Part shown: positions 29,013 to 64,000 of the stretch, in pieces
Layout of the letters: the number at the start of each line of letters is the position of its first letter
How positions within the stretch are numbered: position 1 is the first letter of the stretch
Assembly (NCBI GenBank): GCA_030141605.1
Contig: JAQGDQ010000141.1
Span: forward strand, 448,741-512,740
Direction of reading: 5' to 3'
DNA: 64,000 nt
Source: Tubiluchus corallicola
Taxonomy: Eukaryota; Animalia; Priapulida
Notes under the pieces: generated by a model
What the model was told of the DNA's origin: nothing
The model's database searches: none
What the model saw: the letters and a program-made list of their open reading frames with translations, nothing else
Made by a program: the position numbers and the translations under genes

Positions 29013-30039
29013 GTATCGCTGATGACTTATTTTGTTGCTAGGCGAAGTTATGCAGAATAAATATCTAGCCAATATGATTTAATTAATGTTTTATAACATA
29101 ACTTTATTAAATGAACTTATTTGCGTCAATTCTGTTACGCGAGTAACTCAGTAACACCAAATGTTACGCGAAGGAGTTCAATGTCCTTGTTATTTGAAAC
29201 GTCATAACAATTCCATACAAAGAATGGCCCACGTATGTTCGATTACAATATGACAGTTTTCATTTGTACTAGGCCTTTATAGAGCGTGGGCCCACATACA
29301 ATATTGGGTGTGTTCTGCAAGTACACATTTTATTGACAACTTGCCTGTTGTGCAGATAAGATAAAGCGTCTTTGCATATAAGATCACGATAATGACGTCT
29401 GCTCCTCAATTCTTGTGTACAAAGTCCGGTAGCTAATGCCGGAGCCTCTACACGCTGCATTGATTCTGCAGGTGAAGAACGTGTAGTGCTTGATGTGGTA
29501 GCTCATTTTGTTACTAATTAGATTGCAACATTAATACCAGTGTTGACTGCAGCGAAACTTCGTTAATAATCGTAACGTAAATGAGACAAGCGAGTGCTAA
29601 ATTTTGTTTTCGACATCATCAAACGATGATATTGAAAGTGTGATACTTTATGATTAATGATAACTTAGGTCATTTCGTTAAAACAAGTTTAACTATAAAT
29701 TTATAATAATATGAAATATTTTACTTTTGTGCAAATAGCTATCCTTTTTGAGTTGCACAAACAATGTTTAAAAACTTATAAGCTTTTCCAATTTTCTAAC
29801 TCTTTTAACGTCGTAGCCTAATGTGTCATAACGTGCATGATATGCTTTTAGTATAGAATTGTTCTTTTAAAGTTAACTAAGCTGTTTGTTTGTTGACTGT
29901 TTTCTTATCACTTTCACAATTACAGTTAGATCAATCTTATATCAGAAGCACCTGAACAGAAAAAAAAGCTTCTCGACGCAGTTTCAACGTTCCTGACAAA
30001 GCCTACGGCTTCACGGGCTTCACAGCTGTGATAATCATC

Positions 30040-63805
<33,766 letters not shown>

Positions 63806-64000
63806 GTAAGTATCCGAAAGTATAGTTCTCATTAGGAATCGAGGGAAGAAACAGATTTTTGAAAGTAACATTTTGCTTTTAATGACTGTTAATGTGAAAT
63901 GTGGTATAGGTCCGGATTTTAAATTTGTTCAAGATAAGTAAACAAAATGCTGATTTTTGTGTCATTACTTGTTTACATTTGTTGTTAATCCTTTCACTAC

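Overview
AT-rich, intron-rich animal genomic DNA (invertebrate, probably a protostome; the organism cannot be fixed from the sequence). Two spliced + strand genes were reconstructed by hand with consistent GT-AG phases. (1) The last 10 coding exons (961-17103) of a Piwi-clade Argonaute of the PIWIL2/Ago3 type, covering PAZ end, MID and PIWI, with an intact D-E-D-H slicer tetrad; the 5' part lies before the window. (2) The first 22 coding exons (30040-63805, 1046 codons, running off the window) of an uninflatable-like protein: signal peptide, C-type lectin, LDLa, 3 CUB, 4 sushi, 2 EGF, 2 sushi. Introns and the intergenic region are full of non-autonomous DNA transposons (TTAA-flanked Kolobok/T2-type, hAT, Tc1/pogo-type, Harbinger-like), decayed LINE fragments, a possible solo LTR, SINE and Helentron-type remnants, and microsatellites. 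The most unusual observations are a duplicated, in-frame-includable pseudo/cassette exon in the PIWI domain, extra cysteines in the Uif-like sushi/EGF modules, several long TA-centred palindromes, and an unidentified decayed coding-like segment downstream of piwi. I found no compelling evidence for a wholly new multi-gene system. Most short ORFs in the supplied track are spurious. Family assignments rest on recalled motifs, not database searches.
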